From the IMG/VR virus record IMGVR_UViG_3300009180_002134, positions 1 through 54,578 of that record: DNA of 54,578 nt, one strand, 5' to 3'. Numbering within the stretch: position 1 is the first letter of the stretch; each line of letters opens with the position of its first letter. The stretch is from a virus (lineage: Duplodnaviria; Caudoviricetes). The notes under the pieces are model-generated. The model saw only the letters and a list, made by a program, of their open reading frames with translations. It had not been told where the DNA came from and did no database searches. Below are positions 15,883-25,657 of the stretch, in pieces. The position numbers were made by a program, and so were the translations under genes.

Positions 15883-17811
15883 ATGAAAAGGACTCACTGG
15901 GTGATGGACTATGAAACTATTGTGAATTGTTTCGTAGGTGTATTTATAGATTACAAAGACAGTAATGTAAAGCACTTGTTCGTTGTTCACGAACAGAGAA
16001 ATGACATTTCTAAACTTGTCACATTTCTTCAAAGATGTGTGACACAAAAAGAATGGCACATCTCTTATAATGGACTAGCATTTGATGCTCAAATTAGTCA
16101 ATACATTCTAGACAATGCTAAGAAATTAGAGAAGATGTCTACAGAGAATGTTATAAAAAACATATTTAATTTTGCACAAGAAACTATTAAGAAAACGGAT
16201 GTTGGTGGGTTTGCTACTTATTCTCCTTCTAGGCTTAAAATCAGGCAGATTGACTTATTCAAGCTCAACCACTGGGATAACAAAGCAAAGATGAGTTCAC
16301 TTAAGTGGATACAGTATTCTATGGATTGGAAGAATGTAGAAGAGATGCCACACCACTATCTTCAACCGGTCACAGACAGTGACACCTTGAATGCTGTTAT
16401 TGACTATTGTGTTAATGACGTACTGTCCACTAAGGAAATTCTCAAGCATTCTAAAGAGCAAATACAGCTTAGGAAAACTCTCACTGATGAATATAATATA
16501 GATCTTTATTCTGCATCTGAGCCACGTATATCTAAAGAGCTATTCTTACATTTCTTAAAAGAGAAACTGGGAATGGAAAAGTCTGAGATAAAACAGCTTA
16601 GAACACCAAGAGATTATATTGTATTGGCTGATTGTATCCTACCATCTATAAAGTTTCAAACCCAGGAATTTCAGGACATACTTACATATTTTAGAACAAA
16701 GGTTATCACCTCCACTAAAGATAAGTTTAAGTATACAATGAACTATAAAGGAGTGAAAACTGACTATGGACTAGGTGGTTTACATGGTGCTGCTGATATG
16801 GGAGTATATGAAGCTAAACCGGGATGGACTATTATGACATCTGACGTTGTAAGTTTCTATCCCAATCTTGCTATTAAGAATAAGTTTCATCCAGCTCATC
16901 TACCAGAGAAAGAATTCTGTGAATTGTATGAATGGATATTTGAAGAGAGAAAAAAGATTCCAAAATCTGATCCTAAAAACTATGTGTACAAGATTATTCT
17001 TAACAGTACATACGGTTTGACAGGTGATGAGAATAGTTTTCTATTTGATCCTAAAATGACAATGGACATTACGATCAATGGTCAGCTACAACTATCTATG
17101 TTATATGAGATGTTATGTCTTGCTATTCCGGAAGCTCAACCTCTAATGCAAAATACAGATGGCTTAGAGATGATGATTCCTGAAAACAAAATAGACATCT
17201 ATAATAAAGTTTGTGGTGAATGGGAATATATTACTAAGCTAGCTCTTGAGCATGATGAATATTCTAAGATGATAATTGGTGATGTAAATAATTACATTGC
17301 TGTTTATAAGAATGGAAAGACAAAGTGTAAAGGTAGATTTGAGTGGGAAGATCTTGAGAAAAAGAAAGTGGCTATGTTTCATAAGAACAAGTCTTTCTTA
17401 ATTATTCCTAAAGCTATATATGCATATCTTGTACATGGGGTGAAGCCCGAAGAGTTTCTTGAACAGAACCAAAACATTCTTGATTATTGTGGTGGTGTAA
17501 AAGCTAAAGGAGCTTGGCACTTTGTAGACAGAAGAATAGTTGATGGTCAGCTTGTTAATAAAAAGCTTCAAAAGATCATTAGGTATTATGTATCCAACAA
17601 CGGAAGTAAACTTGTAAAGTGCCATACAGATGGTAGAGAAATACAAGTGGAGGCCGGTGAATGGATGCAGACCACCATGAATCAGATGGTGAATAAACCA
17701 TTTGAGGAATATGATATTGACATGAAGTATTATATTGATGCAATATATAGAGAAATAAACCAAATAGAAAAAGTTAAGAGTAGAGAAGTTACACAATTAT
17801 CATTATTTTAA
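15883..17811 (+). CDS. polB: Family B DNA polymerase with 3'-5' exonuclease
   Basis: MDYET (ExoI), YNGLAFD (ExoII), YCVNDV (ExoIII), SDVVSFYPN (motif A), KIILNSTYG (motif B), QNTDG (motif C). Confidence 0.92.
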   Translation: MKRTHWVMDYETIVNCFVGVFIDYKDSNVKHLFVVHEQRNDISKLVTFLQRCVTQKEWHISYNGLAFDAQISQYILDNAKKLEKMSTENVIKNIFNFAQETIKKTDVGGFATYSPSRLKIRQIDLFKLNHWDNKAKMSSLKWIQYSMDWKNVEEMPHHYLQPVTDSDTLNAVIDYCVNDVLSTKEILKHSKEQIQLRKTLTDEYNIDLYSASEPRISKELFLHFLKEKLGMEKSEIKQLRTPRDYIVLADCILPSIKFQTQEFQDILTYFRTKVITSTKDKFKYTMNYKGVKTDYGLGGLHGAADMGVYEAKPGWTIMTSDVVSFYPNLAIKNKFHPAHLPEKEFCELYEWIFEERKKIPKSDPKNYVYKIILNSTYGLTGDENSFLFDPKMTMDITINGQLQLSMLYEMLCLAIPEAQPLMQNTDGLEMMIPENKIDIYNKVCGEWEYITKLALEHDEYSKMIIGDVNNYIAVYKNGKTKCKGRFEWEDLEKKKVAMFHKNKSFLIIPKAIYAYLVHGVKPEEFLEQNQNILDYCGGVKAKGAWHFVDRRIVDGQLVNKKLQKIIRYYVSNNGSKLVKCHTDGREIQVEAGEWMQTTMNQMVNKPFEEYDIDMKYYIDAIYREINQIEKVKSREVTQLSLF

Positions 17812-17823
17812 ACATAAAAAATT

Positions 17824-18519
17824 ATGGCAATAATAGGAGTTAATGGATACAGTGGTTCCGGTAAGGACACTATAGGAGCAATTATTCAATACATATTTGC
17901 TCATCACGAAGAACCTCTTGCACTTCCTGTGGAAGACATGGTTGCTAACATGGAAGAACATGGGTGGTTTTTAGAAGAGCAATCAGGTTGGGAGATTATG
18001 AAGTTTGCAGGTAAGTTAAAAGACATAGCTGAACATCTTACAGGTATCCCAATAGAAAATTTTGAAGACCAAGAGTTTAAGAAAACTAATTTAGGTCCAG
18101 AGTGGGATTATCAAATAGATGAGTTTAACACTCCAACAAAAATGACTGTTAGAGATTTCTTACAGAAGCTTGGTACAGATGCTTTAAGAATGGGACTACA
18201 TGATAATGTATGGGTGAATGCTCTTATGGTTGATTACACTCCTGAATGGACAACTGATGAAGGTGCCCATGATCCAGTACAGGAACTTCCTAACTGGATT
18301 ATTACAGATGTTAGGTTCCCTAATGAAGCCCAAGCTATCAAAGACAGAGGTGGTATTATCATTCGTGTAGATAGACCAGGAGTCAAACCCATCAATGATC
18401 ATCCTAGTGAGATAGGATTGGATGATTGGAAGTTTGATTACAGAATAGCTAATGTATCTGATGTATTTGCATTAGCTCAGACAGTAAGAAGTATTTTAAA
18501 CCACAGTAAATTATTATGA
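17824..18519 (+). CDS. Deoxynucleoside monophosphate kinase
   Basis: IIGVNGYSGSGKDT, FAGKLK, RDFLQKLGTD, ITDVRFPNE, HPSE. Confidence 0.88.
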   Translation: MAIIGVNGYSGSGKDTIGAIIQYIFAHHEEPLALPVEDMVANMEEHGWFLEEQSGWEIMKFAGKLKDIAEHLTGIPIENFEDQEFKKTNLGPEWDYQIDEFNTPTKMTVRDFLQKLGTDALRMGLHDNVWVNALMVDYTPEWTTDEGAHDPVQELPNWIITDVRFPNEAQAIKDRGGIIIRVDRPGVKPINDHPSEIGLDDWKFDYRIANVSDVFALAQTVRSILNHSKLL

Positions 18520-18731
18520 GAATAGGAGACCTTTGTGCTAAGGATGAATATCTAAAGATATACGATCCTTCTAAGCAAGAACTTATAAAAGAATGTGACA
18601 CCTATGTAGATGCTGAAATATACACAGGCATACAAGCTAAAATATTAAGGAATGCAGTTAGGTATAAGACTAGGAGGTTCTCTCCATTCTTGAATAAAGA
18701 AATAGCAATTAGAGTAGGAATTAAAAAATAA
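18516..18731 (+). CDS. Hypothetical small protein (possibly NUMOD1-like DNA-binding)
   Basis: ATGA-coupled; IYD...LIKECDTYVDAEIYTGI pattern. Confidence 0.5.
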   Translation: MRIGDLCAKDEYLKIYDPSKQELIKECDTYVDAEIYTGIQAKILRNAVRYKTRRFSPFLNKEIAIRVGIKK

Positions 18732-18733
18732 TT

Positions 18734-18865
18734 ATGAAAAAGATAAACTGGAAGACATTAATCATATACATATTAGCTGTAGTGGCATCTTCTATATTTT
18801 TTTCTTGGTTTTCTAAAGTGCTCTACTTTATGTATTTATTAATTAAAACAATATTAACCATATGA
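18734..18865 (+). CDS. Small hydrophobic protein, 43 aa (MKKINWKTLIIYILAVVASS...), not in the ORF track
   Basis: Hand-translated; ATG 2 nt after the upstream stop and TGA overlapping the next ATG. Confidence 0.55.
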   Translation: MKKINWKTLIIYILAVVASSIFFSWFSKVLYFMYLLIKTILTI

Positions 18866-19047
18866 AAAAACAATTAAAAGTTAGCTTTCACTTTTTAGAA
18901 AGCAACAAGTCCGTACTAGGACTAGAATACAGTCAGGGCACTGTATCATTTCCAGGTGAGAAACCTGAAAACTATGATGAGCTTATAATAGGATTTCTAT
19001 TCTTTTATGTATCAATTATGTACACAACAGAAAAAGGGGATAGTTAA
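18862..19047 (+). CDS. Hypothetical protein
   Basis: 61-aa ORF; last gene before the terminator. Confidence 0.6.
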   Translation: MKKQLKVSFHFLESNKSVLGLEYSQGTVSFPGEKPENYDELIIGFLFFYVSIMYTTEKGDS

Positions 19048-19058
19048 TCCCCTTTTTT
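19031..19058. terminator. Bidirectional intrinsic terminator at the convergence of the replication and virion blocks
   Basis: AAAAAGGGGAT-AGTTA-ATCCCCTTTTT perfect stem with A-tract and T-tract. Confidence 0.85.
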
Positions 19059-19062
19059 GTTT

Positions 19063-22000
19063 TTATCTAATGTAGAAATTACTAACTGTTTCAAAGCTTT
19101 CCCATCTATTTAAAATGTTTAAAGCAGGTACCACATCTTTAGTTTGTTTCCAAAGTTTTAATTGACCATCATAAGGACCTCTTTCATAATAGTTTTTATT
19201 ATAAGGAGGGAAAGGAAGTGTGAATGCAGCTGCAATAACTTCTCCGTAATCTCTTAGTGTACCAGCAGATGCTATAGGACTCTTCAGCATCTGAAACTGC
19301 TCACTTATTCCAAGAATTGGAATAAATGTTTTTATCTCATTTTGCTGTCTGGTTTGTTGGTATATCAAAAAGTTCACTAATCTTTTTACTTCTTCATCAT
19401 CATCGTCAAGTCCGGATGCTAACAATTTAAATAATTGAGCAGCAATAACAGATGCCATAAAGAAACCTAATTCAGCAAGATTTTTATACATGTTCTTCAC
19501 CTGAATCTCATCCATATTTTTATATGTTCTAGACCCAGGTATAAATGCACCAAGCATACCAGTAGTTTTAGCTAGGAATCCTTGTTCAGTTTTATAGACA
19601 TGCTTCATTACATTATAGAAGGTTCTATATCTACCTTCTATAGTTCCTAATACAACATTGTCATATCTGTTTTGGAATCTAGCTTTAGCTAATGGAACTA
19701 TCCATTTATGAAACTGAGCACCTAATTCACCAAGAGCATGTTGTTGTAAGACCATTCTATCTTCCCATGCATAGTTACCATGAATTTGTTTGTTCACTTC
19801 ATATACATAGTTAGTAACCTTTGTTCTTAAATCTTCAGGAAGTTCAAACCCAGGTTTTAATGTCAATTCATTTTTTTGTTCATCAAATGTAAAGGCATCA
19901 TATATAGATAGAGTTTCTCCAGTTTGGTTATGTGTAAGTTGAAACTTATCTCCCATTACAATGGCCATTCCTGTTTTAGATTGTACATTGTATTCACCTG
20001 TTTCCTGAAATATATAAGCAGCTTCAGTTATTAATCCAGCATCCACCCTACCTGAATTTTCTTGATTTTTTCTCACCATTCTAAAATAAGAAACTATAGC
20101 TTCATACTTAGAATAATGTTTATCAATCTTATAAGCACCTTCGTTAGATGAGCCTAGTCTTTTCATAGCTCCAGGCATATAATCTTTATTATACTCACCA
20201 ACAGCTCTGAAATAAGGTTTTCTATCATAATAAACTCCACCATAAGCTTCTATGGCATTGTTTATTCTACCCATTGCATAGTTGTTTATACCACCAAATA
20301 TATTAAAACCAATTCCTTTTAATGATGTAATGTTTTGTAGTTTCTTAGCAACTTGAGCAAACTGACTGTAGTCATACTCATCATTGTTATAATACACCAT
20401 CTTGAACCATTTCTTCATACGTACATATGCACGTGATTCACCTTCAGCTTTGTATATATCTTTACTATCTACACCTTTAGATACAAATTTTTTATCTTCA
20501 CTGGTAGATTGATAGTATTTTTTCTTTTCTACAATTTTTGATATAGCTAATAAAGAACCTTCAATGTTTGACATTTGCTCATACTTCTCAGTCATTGATC
20601 TAAAAGCTATAAGATTTTCTACAAGATCTGTATTAATATCATTATAGTCTATTTTAGAATTCTCAATAGCTAAAGAAAGTTGAAGTTTTTTTAATTCAGC
20701 TTCATACTCTTCACTAGTCAAAGCTTTAGCAATTATATATTGATCTTTTAATTCTTTTATTTTTTGTTCTATTGATGCTATTCTTTTTTCATTACGAGCA
20801 TTATTAGTGTACAGGATAGGCAAGTTATCTACAGGTACACCATCATCATCTGTAAGACGTTGTGTTGAATGCATCTTAGGAGAAAAGTCAAACCATTTAC
20901 GCACTCCTTTAGTTACAGCTTTAAAATGAGAACTTCCTTTACGTTTAGCACTACTTATATAATTGTCTGCCACCCTAGCAACTTTTCCTAACAGTTTTTG
21001 TTGTTGATCAAGAGGAATTTGTTCAAGTCCTGCTTTCATTTCTTCAACGAATATATGATAGAATTCTTTTTTTGCAACTTCTTCAGAAGACTTAGCATTC
21101 ATTAAAGTAACATACCTTGGATCCCTCATATCACGTCCATCATTAGTTATTTCTTTTATTTCTATACATTTAGATTTTGGAAAATAACTTGATGACTTCT
21201 CCACTCTTCCTTTAAACTCACCATTATCCATCTTTGCTCCTAAATATTCCCTTTTATCATACCATTTGTCTATATATTTTCTATAAGCTTCATCACTAAC
21301 ACCTATTTTTTTTGTCCATTTAAGAAAACCATTTTGTAATGCTTGACCATTTGGAGTTTCATACTTAGCTCTTTCATTTATAAATTCAATAGAATATCTG
21401 TGGTGTTCTCCACTTATTATTTGATTTTTACCATCTAACTGTTCAGCTTGTCTAAACTCTTGAATCTTTTCTTTTATTTTTCTCACTTCTATATTGTGAG
21501 CTAATTGTTCAGGGGTGGCTTTTGTCATATCAGGAATCTCAATGTATTCCATGTCTTCCCCATCTTTATTTTTTAACAGAGCATACACTTGACGTTTTAT
21601 ATCATAATACCTTTGACCAACAGCTTGTAAGTATCTTCCTGTAAAATTACCTTCAGCATCAAAGTTTAACATGAAAGAAAAGTCTATCTTCTTTGTACCA
21701 AGAGCTGAAGCTAATTTATTACCAGCAGTTTTTATTCTAGCTTCAAACAGGTCTTGTTTATTTTTGGCTTTTTGATTAGCCTCCATGTATAAATTAGCAG
21801 CAATAGCTAAAAGCTTTTCCTTAGTGTTTTGCATATCACTTGCATTAAGATCTATCAAGTTGATATCATAACCTTCTCTTAAAAGATTTGTAAGTTCTTC
21901 TTCAGATAGTGTAGCATCCACCTTTTGTCTGATGAGATTTTTTACATAAGTTTCTAGGGCCGGATTGATTTCTGCTTTAACAGCATTCAATCTACTTTGT

Positions 22001-25000
22001 ACAGATCTCATAAGAGCATACTGATCTTGTGATCCAAGTCCTATTTCTGGGATACTTGCTATGTCTCTATAAGACTCTACAAACTTTTCAGCTTCTAAAA
22101 CCACATCTATAAAAGCATCACTATTAAGATTTGATTGCTTGTTCATATATTTATACAAACTATCAAGAGTGTCTTTTGTATAATTTAAAAGTTTTCCAAA
22201 AGCCATATTAGGTTCACCAACTTTCTTTATTTCTACAAGTGCTAACACTTCTGATATCTTATCTATAGCAGCTTCTTTACTTTCTTCACTGAATGCATCA
22301 AATCTAGTTTGATTAAGATTCTTTAGATACTCCATACGTTTACGGAGCTTAACACTATAGTTTTCAATAGTGGCCATAAGCTGAGCTTGTACATCTGCTG
22401 GAATCTCTTCAGGCATTTCTTCTTTCTCATCTAAGAAGTTATCATCATTAGCTGGATTGTTCTGTCCTAAAGCTTTTCTAAAACCAGCCACTTTATTTTT
22501 ACCAGGTTTTGTAGGAACTATTCTATTTACAAATGATTCATTAGAACTTGGTAAGTGTTGTTGTTCATCTTCTATTTCAAAGTCTTTAATTTTTTGTTGA
22601 TCTCCAAGTCCTTCTAATTCTAAATGGAAGTGTATTGTTGATGTACCTGAAATTGGAAGACCACTTATTTCTGCAAGTCTTTTGTAAACAGCCACCTGAA
22701 TACCATGTTGTTGTTGTGTAGTTATTTTTTCACCCATCAACATTGATCCCTGATTTACAGGATGTGGTGTATTAAGATATTCTTGTGATGTGCTTTTAGT
22801 TTTAGAAACCTTAAGATCTTTAATAAACATCTCACCATTAGGCTTCACTACTAATATATCCAAAGAACCAGCTATACCAGATGTAGGATCAGACACTACA
22901 AACTGAGGGATTATTATTGAACCATCTGATGTAAGTCCTATCACTATTCCTTTTAAGGCGTCATAAGCTCTTCTTGAAATATCTTCAGAAACAGCATCTG
23001 TCATATCAGACTTAGCTTCTTCAAATGTTTTACCTTCAACAATATTTTGAAGAGTTTTATCAAAATGATTACCAAAAAGTCTGTTAAGTTCATACTTTCC
23101 ATCAGGGTCATTCATCTCACCTTTAATAGCCATGGTGGTTGATTTATACACCTGACCTGTTTTAGTGTGCATGTATATGTGACTTTTTTCTTCTAGCACC
23201 ACTCTACCCGGATCTTCTTCTCCCGTCTTAGGTTCAAAGTATATTTCATCAATTATTCTTTTTTGAAGATCATTTGCTTTAGCTCTAATCTTTTCTTTAA
23301 AAGTACGTGTCCTAGGATCTAATTGATAGTTTGCTTTTCTACTTGCTTTTAATCCTGTTAAATTAATTCTAGACTCAGACATACTCACCATGTTGGCAAT
23401 GTCTTGTAAGCTATTAGTAAGTTCTAATTCTGAAAGCTTTATAGAAAATAATTTATTAAACATTTTACGTAACCAGTTCTTGAACTGACTCAATACAGAT
23501 TGTCTAATACCAGCTTCTTTGCTTTCCACCACATCTCCTTTAGAAGAAATGTTTCCGGAAGCAAGTTTACCAATGTAACTAACTAATGCTTCTTCTAATA
23601 TTTCTTCTTCTGTGAGACTAGAGTATCCTGTAGATTGCTTTACATTTTGTATCTCAGCTAATCCTTCATCTATAGATTGTAGGTCCGTTAAGAGCTTGTT
23701 ATACAATGAAGGATTCTCTTTCTTAAGCACTTGTACAAATGGATGTAGATATTCATGGAATGGTGTATCCTTTGTTATTTCTTTAGCAGCATTAATATAC
23801 ACTTTACCATTTTGGAATTTACCTTTCCAATCACTGTTGGGTTCATTTACAATTACATAATCTACACCAAACTTTTGTTTCAATCTATCTAACACTTTTC
23901 TTACATTGGCTAAGCTTTCAACAACAGGAATATCTGTAGGGGTGTCTTTTTGGAATTTAGGAGCTGTTTCTGCAAACTTTTTAAATCCTTCTATATCTTG
24001 TTTAGATCCTAGTATATGTATTTGTTCTGGTTCAAATACTACTATTTGATTTTCTCCAGCATCATACATTCTATTATTAGATTGCTTTCCTCCTTTTAAT
24101 AAAAGCCCATCTGAATTTTCTTTTAGTTTGCTACTATTATCATAATTATCAAACCATTCTTTAACTGTTAGATTTTTAGGATTTTTAATATTAAGAATAG
24201 CTTGTTCGGAAGTTCCTTTATTATTTAATATATAACTTTGAAATTTTTTAGCGTCTTTTTCAATCTGTTCTTTAGTAGCTCCCATTTTTTCAAAAAAAGT
24301 TATTTCAGATTTTATCTGCTCAATAGTAGGATTTAATCCAAATTTTTTTACAATTCCTTGTATAATAGAGTCATCAAATTCATCTCCCTTATATTTAACT
24401 GCATAAATGTTAGCTGCATTTTTATCATCTGTAAAAAATATACCTAATTCTTCACTTTTCTGATTAGTTTTTTCCCCTGTTCCTCCTTTATAAACAATAC
24501 CCTTCACTTGGCTATCAGGAAATATAGAATCTAAGTATGCAGAGTATTGTTCAGCTGTCCCTATAGATGCTAACTCAGGATTTGAATTAAATACTTCTTC
24601 CACTCCTGGTTTAACTGTAGTAGTTTTAAAATAATCAGTTTGAATTAATGAATCTCTAATTAAAGATTCATTAGACATAAAAGTTTCAAAACTTTTTTCT
24701 AAAGCATTTTTTATGTTAACATTTCCTCCAAATAATTTTGTTAAAGCATTTATAATCCTATCTAAAATAGAAACATTATTAACTTTAATCTTTTCTAAAG
24801 ATTTTATAAACTCTGAGTTTGTAAGACCATATGTAATGAATTCTTTTATATCATTATTAGGTTGATCAAAATCAACGTCATCTATTTTATTTTCTAAATA
24901 TTGTTTATATAATTCTTCAACTTCTTCTATAAAATTTATTTCAGAACTTGTTAATCCAACTTGTTCTAAACCTTTTTTCCAATTTGATTTATCTATTAAA

Positions 25001-25647
25001 GCATTTTTAATATCCCATAAGGTTTGTGTATATCTATGTATTTCTTCATGTAAAACAACTTCTTCATAAAAATCTTGTCTATCTTTTCTGTTTTGAATAA
25101 CAAGTTTTATATTGTTTAGATCTATTGCAACATCTGTAATCACATTACCTTCTGAATCTACATCTGAATAAGCAAGACCTCCAGAATCCAATTTAGTATT
25201 TGCTATTCTTGTTTCTAATCCTTTTCCATATTTGCTGAGAATAGCTGCAACTTTACTTAATCTACTATTACTATTAGCAATTTTATCAAATTCTTCTTTA
25301 GAATTTAGTTCAGCTTTTTTTACAGTAGATTCTGGAGGAGCAGCCACTGTCTTAGTGGGCTTTGTAAACTCAACAGCTGTACTACTTGTAATAAACTTCA
25401 TAACAGAAGAAGCATATGGTTCATTGTTAGCATCTATCAATCCATTAACCTCTCCATTTTCAAAATCACCAAAGTAGTTTTTAAAAGGAGGTGTATAAGC
25501 TAATAAATACATATCTACAGCAACTTCTTCGTCTCCCTTTACATCAGGAAGAGCTAAGATGTCACTGTATAATTTAGACTCTTCTCCGTTAGGAGCTAAC
25601 ACTCTATCCACTTTACCATCTTCATTTCTAAATATACTACACGTCAT
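19063..25647 (-). CDS. Giant polyvalent virion/ejection protein (2194 aa): two zincin-like domains, ADP-ribosyltransferase-like module, PD-(D/E)XK nuclease, crAss-like helical C-terminus
   Basis: HEEIH..EFI and HEYLH..EEAL; VYKG..GIFFT..LNIKNP..QIVVFEPEQI; GIAGSLDIL..IKDLKVS..QVAVY; directly downstream of the RNAP gene. Confidence 0.75.
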   Translation of the reverse strand: MTCSIFRNEDGKVDRVLAPNGEESKLYSDILALPDVKGDEEVAVDMYLLAYTPPFKNYFGDFENGEVNGLIDANNEPYASSVMKFITSSTAVEFTKPTKTVAAPPESTVKKAELNSKEEFDKIANSNSRLSKVAAILSKYGKGLETRIANTKLDSGGLAYSDVDSEGNVITDVAIDLNNIKLVIQNRKDRQDFYEEVVLHEEIHRYTQTLWDIKNALIDKSNWKKGLEQVGLTSSEINFIEEVEELYKQYLENKIDDVDFDQPNNDIKEFITYGLTNSEFIKSLEKIKVNNVSILDRIINALTKLFGGNVNIKNALEKSFETFMSNESLIRDSLIQTDYFKTTTVKPGVEEVFNSNPELASIGTAEQYSAYLDSIFPDSQVKGIVYKGGTGEKTNQKSEELGIFFTDDKNAANIYAVKYKGDEFDDSIIQGIVKKFGLNPTIEQIKSEITFFEKMGATKEQIEKDAKKFQSYILNNKGTSEQAILNIKNPKNLTVKEWFDNYDNSSKLKENSDGLLLKGGKQSNNRMYDAGENQIVVFEPEQIHILGSKQDIEGFKKFAETAPKFQKDTPTDIPVVESLANVRKVLDRLKQKFGVDYVIVNEPNSDWKGKFQNGKVYINAAKEITKDTPFHEYLHPFVQVLKKENPSLYNKLLTDLQSIDEGLAEIQNVKQSTGYSSLTEEEILEEALVSYIGKLASGNISSKGDVVESKEAGIRQSVLSQFKNWLRKMFNKLFSIKLSELELTNSLQDIANMVSMSESRINLTGLKASRKANYQLDPRTRTFKEKIRAKANDLQKRIIDEIYFEPKTGEEDPGRVVLEEKSHIYMHTKTGQVYKSTTMAIKGEMNDPDGKYELNRLFGNHFDKTLQNIVEGKTFEEAKSDMTDAVSEDISRRAYDALKGIVIGLTSDGSIIIPQFVVSDPTSGIAGSLDILVVKPNGEMFIKDLKVSKTKSTSQEYLNTPHPVNQGSMLMGEKITTQQQHGIQVAVYKRLAEISGLPISGTSTIHFHLELEGLGDQQKIKDFEIEDEQQHLPSSNESFVNRIVPTKPGKNKVAGFRKALGQNNPANDDNFLDEKEEMPEEIPADVQAQLMATIENYSVKLRKRMEYLKNLNQTRFDAFSEESKEAAIDKISEVLALVEIKKVGEPNMAFGKLLNYTKDTLDSLYKYMNKQSNLNSDAFIDVVLEAEKFVESYRDIASIPEIGLGSQDQYALMRSVQSRLNAVKAEINPALETYVKNLIRQKVDATLSEEELTNLLREGYDINLIDLNASDMQNTKEKLLAIAANLYMEANQKAKNKQDLFEARIKTAGNKLASALGTKKIDFSFMLNFDAEGNFTGRYLQAVGQRYYDIKRQVYALLKNKDGEDMEYIEIPDMTKATPEQLAHNIEVRKIKEKIQEFRQAEQLDGKNQIISGEHHRYSIEFINERAKYETPNGQALQNGFLKWTKKIGVSDEAYRKYIDKWYDKREYLGAKMDNGEFKGRVEKSSSYFPKSKCIEIKEITNDGRDMRDPRYVTLMNAKSSEEVAKKEFYHIFVEEMKAGLEQIPLDQQQKLLGKVARVADNYISSAKRKGSSHFKAVTKGVRKWFDFSPKMHSTQRLTDDDGVPVDNLPILYTNNARNEKRIASIEQKIKELKDQYIIAKALTSEEYEAELKKLQLSLAIENSKIDYNDINTDLVENLIAFRSMTEKYEQMSNIEGSLLAISKIVEKKKYYQSTSEDKKFVSKGVDSKDIYKAEGESRAYVRMKKWFKMVYYNNDEYDYSQFAQVAKKLQNITSLKGIGFNIFGGINNYAMGRINNAIEAYGGVYYDRKPYFRAVGEYNKDYMPGAMKRLGSSNEGAYKIDKHYSKYEAIVSYFRMVRKNQENSGRVDAGLITEAAYIFQETGEYNVQSKTGMAIVMGDKFQLTHNQTGETLSIYDAFTFDEQKNELTLKPGFELPEDLRTKVTNYVYEVNKQIHGNYAWEDRMVLQQHALGELGAQFHKWIVPLAKARFQNRYDNVVLGTIEGRYRTFYNVMKHVYKTEQGFLAKTTGMLGAFIPGSRTYKNMDEIQVKNMYKNLAELGFFMASVIAAQLFKLLASGLDDDDEEVKRLVNFLIYQQTRQQNEIKTFIPILGISEQFQMLKSPIASAGTLRDYGEVIAAAFTLPFPPYNKNYYERGPYDGQLKLWKQTKDVVPALNILNRWESFETVSNFYIR

Positions 25648-25657
25648 AATTTATTTT

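Noticed and set aside
15883-17811. Intein or intron in the polymerase (also checked helicase, primase and RNAP)
   Set aside because: Motif spacing is compact; no C...HN splice junctions or embedded homing endonuclease seen
4462-18402. Antisense ORFs at 4462, 5886, 7577, 9849, 10550, 12987, 14157, 14249, 15835, 17398 and 18196
   Set aside because: Overlap well-supported genes on the opposite strand; no independent evidence
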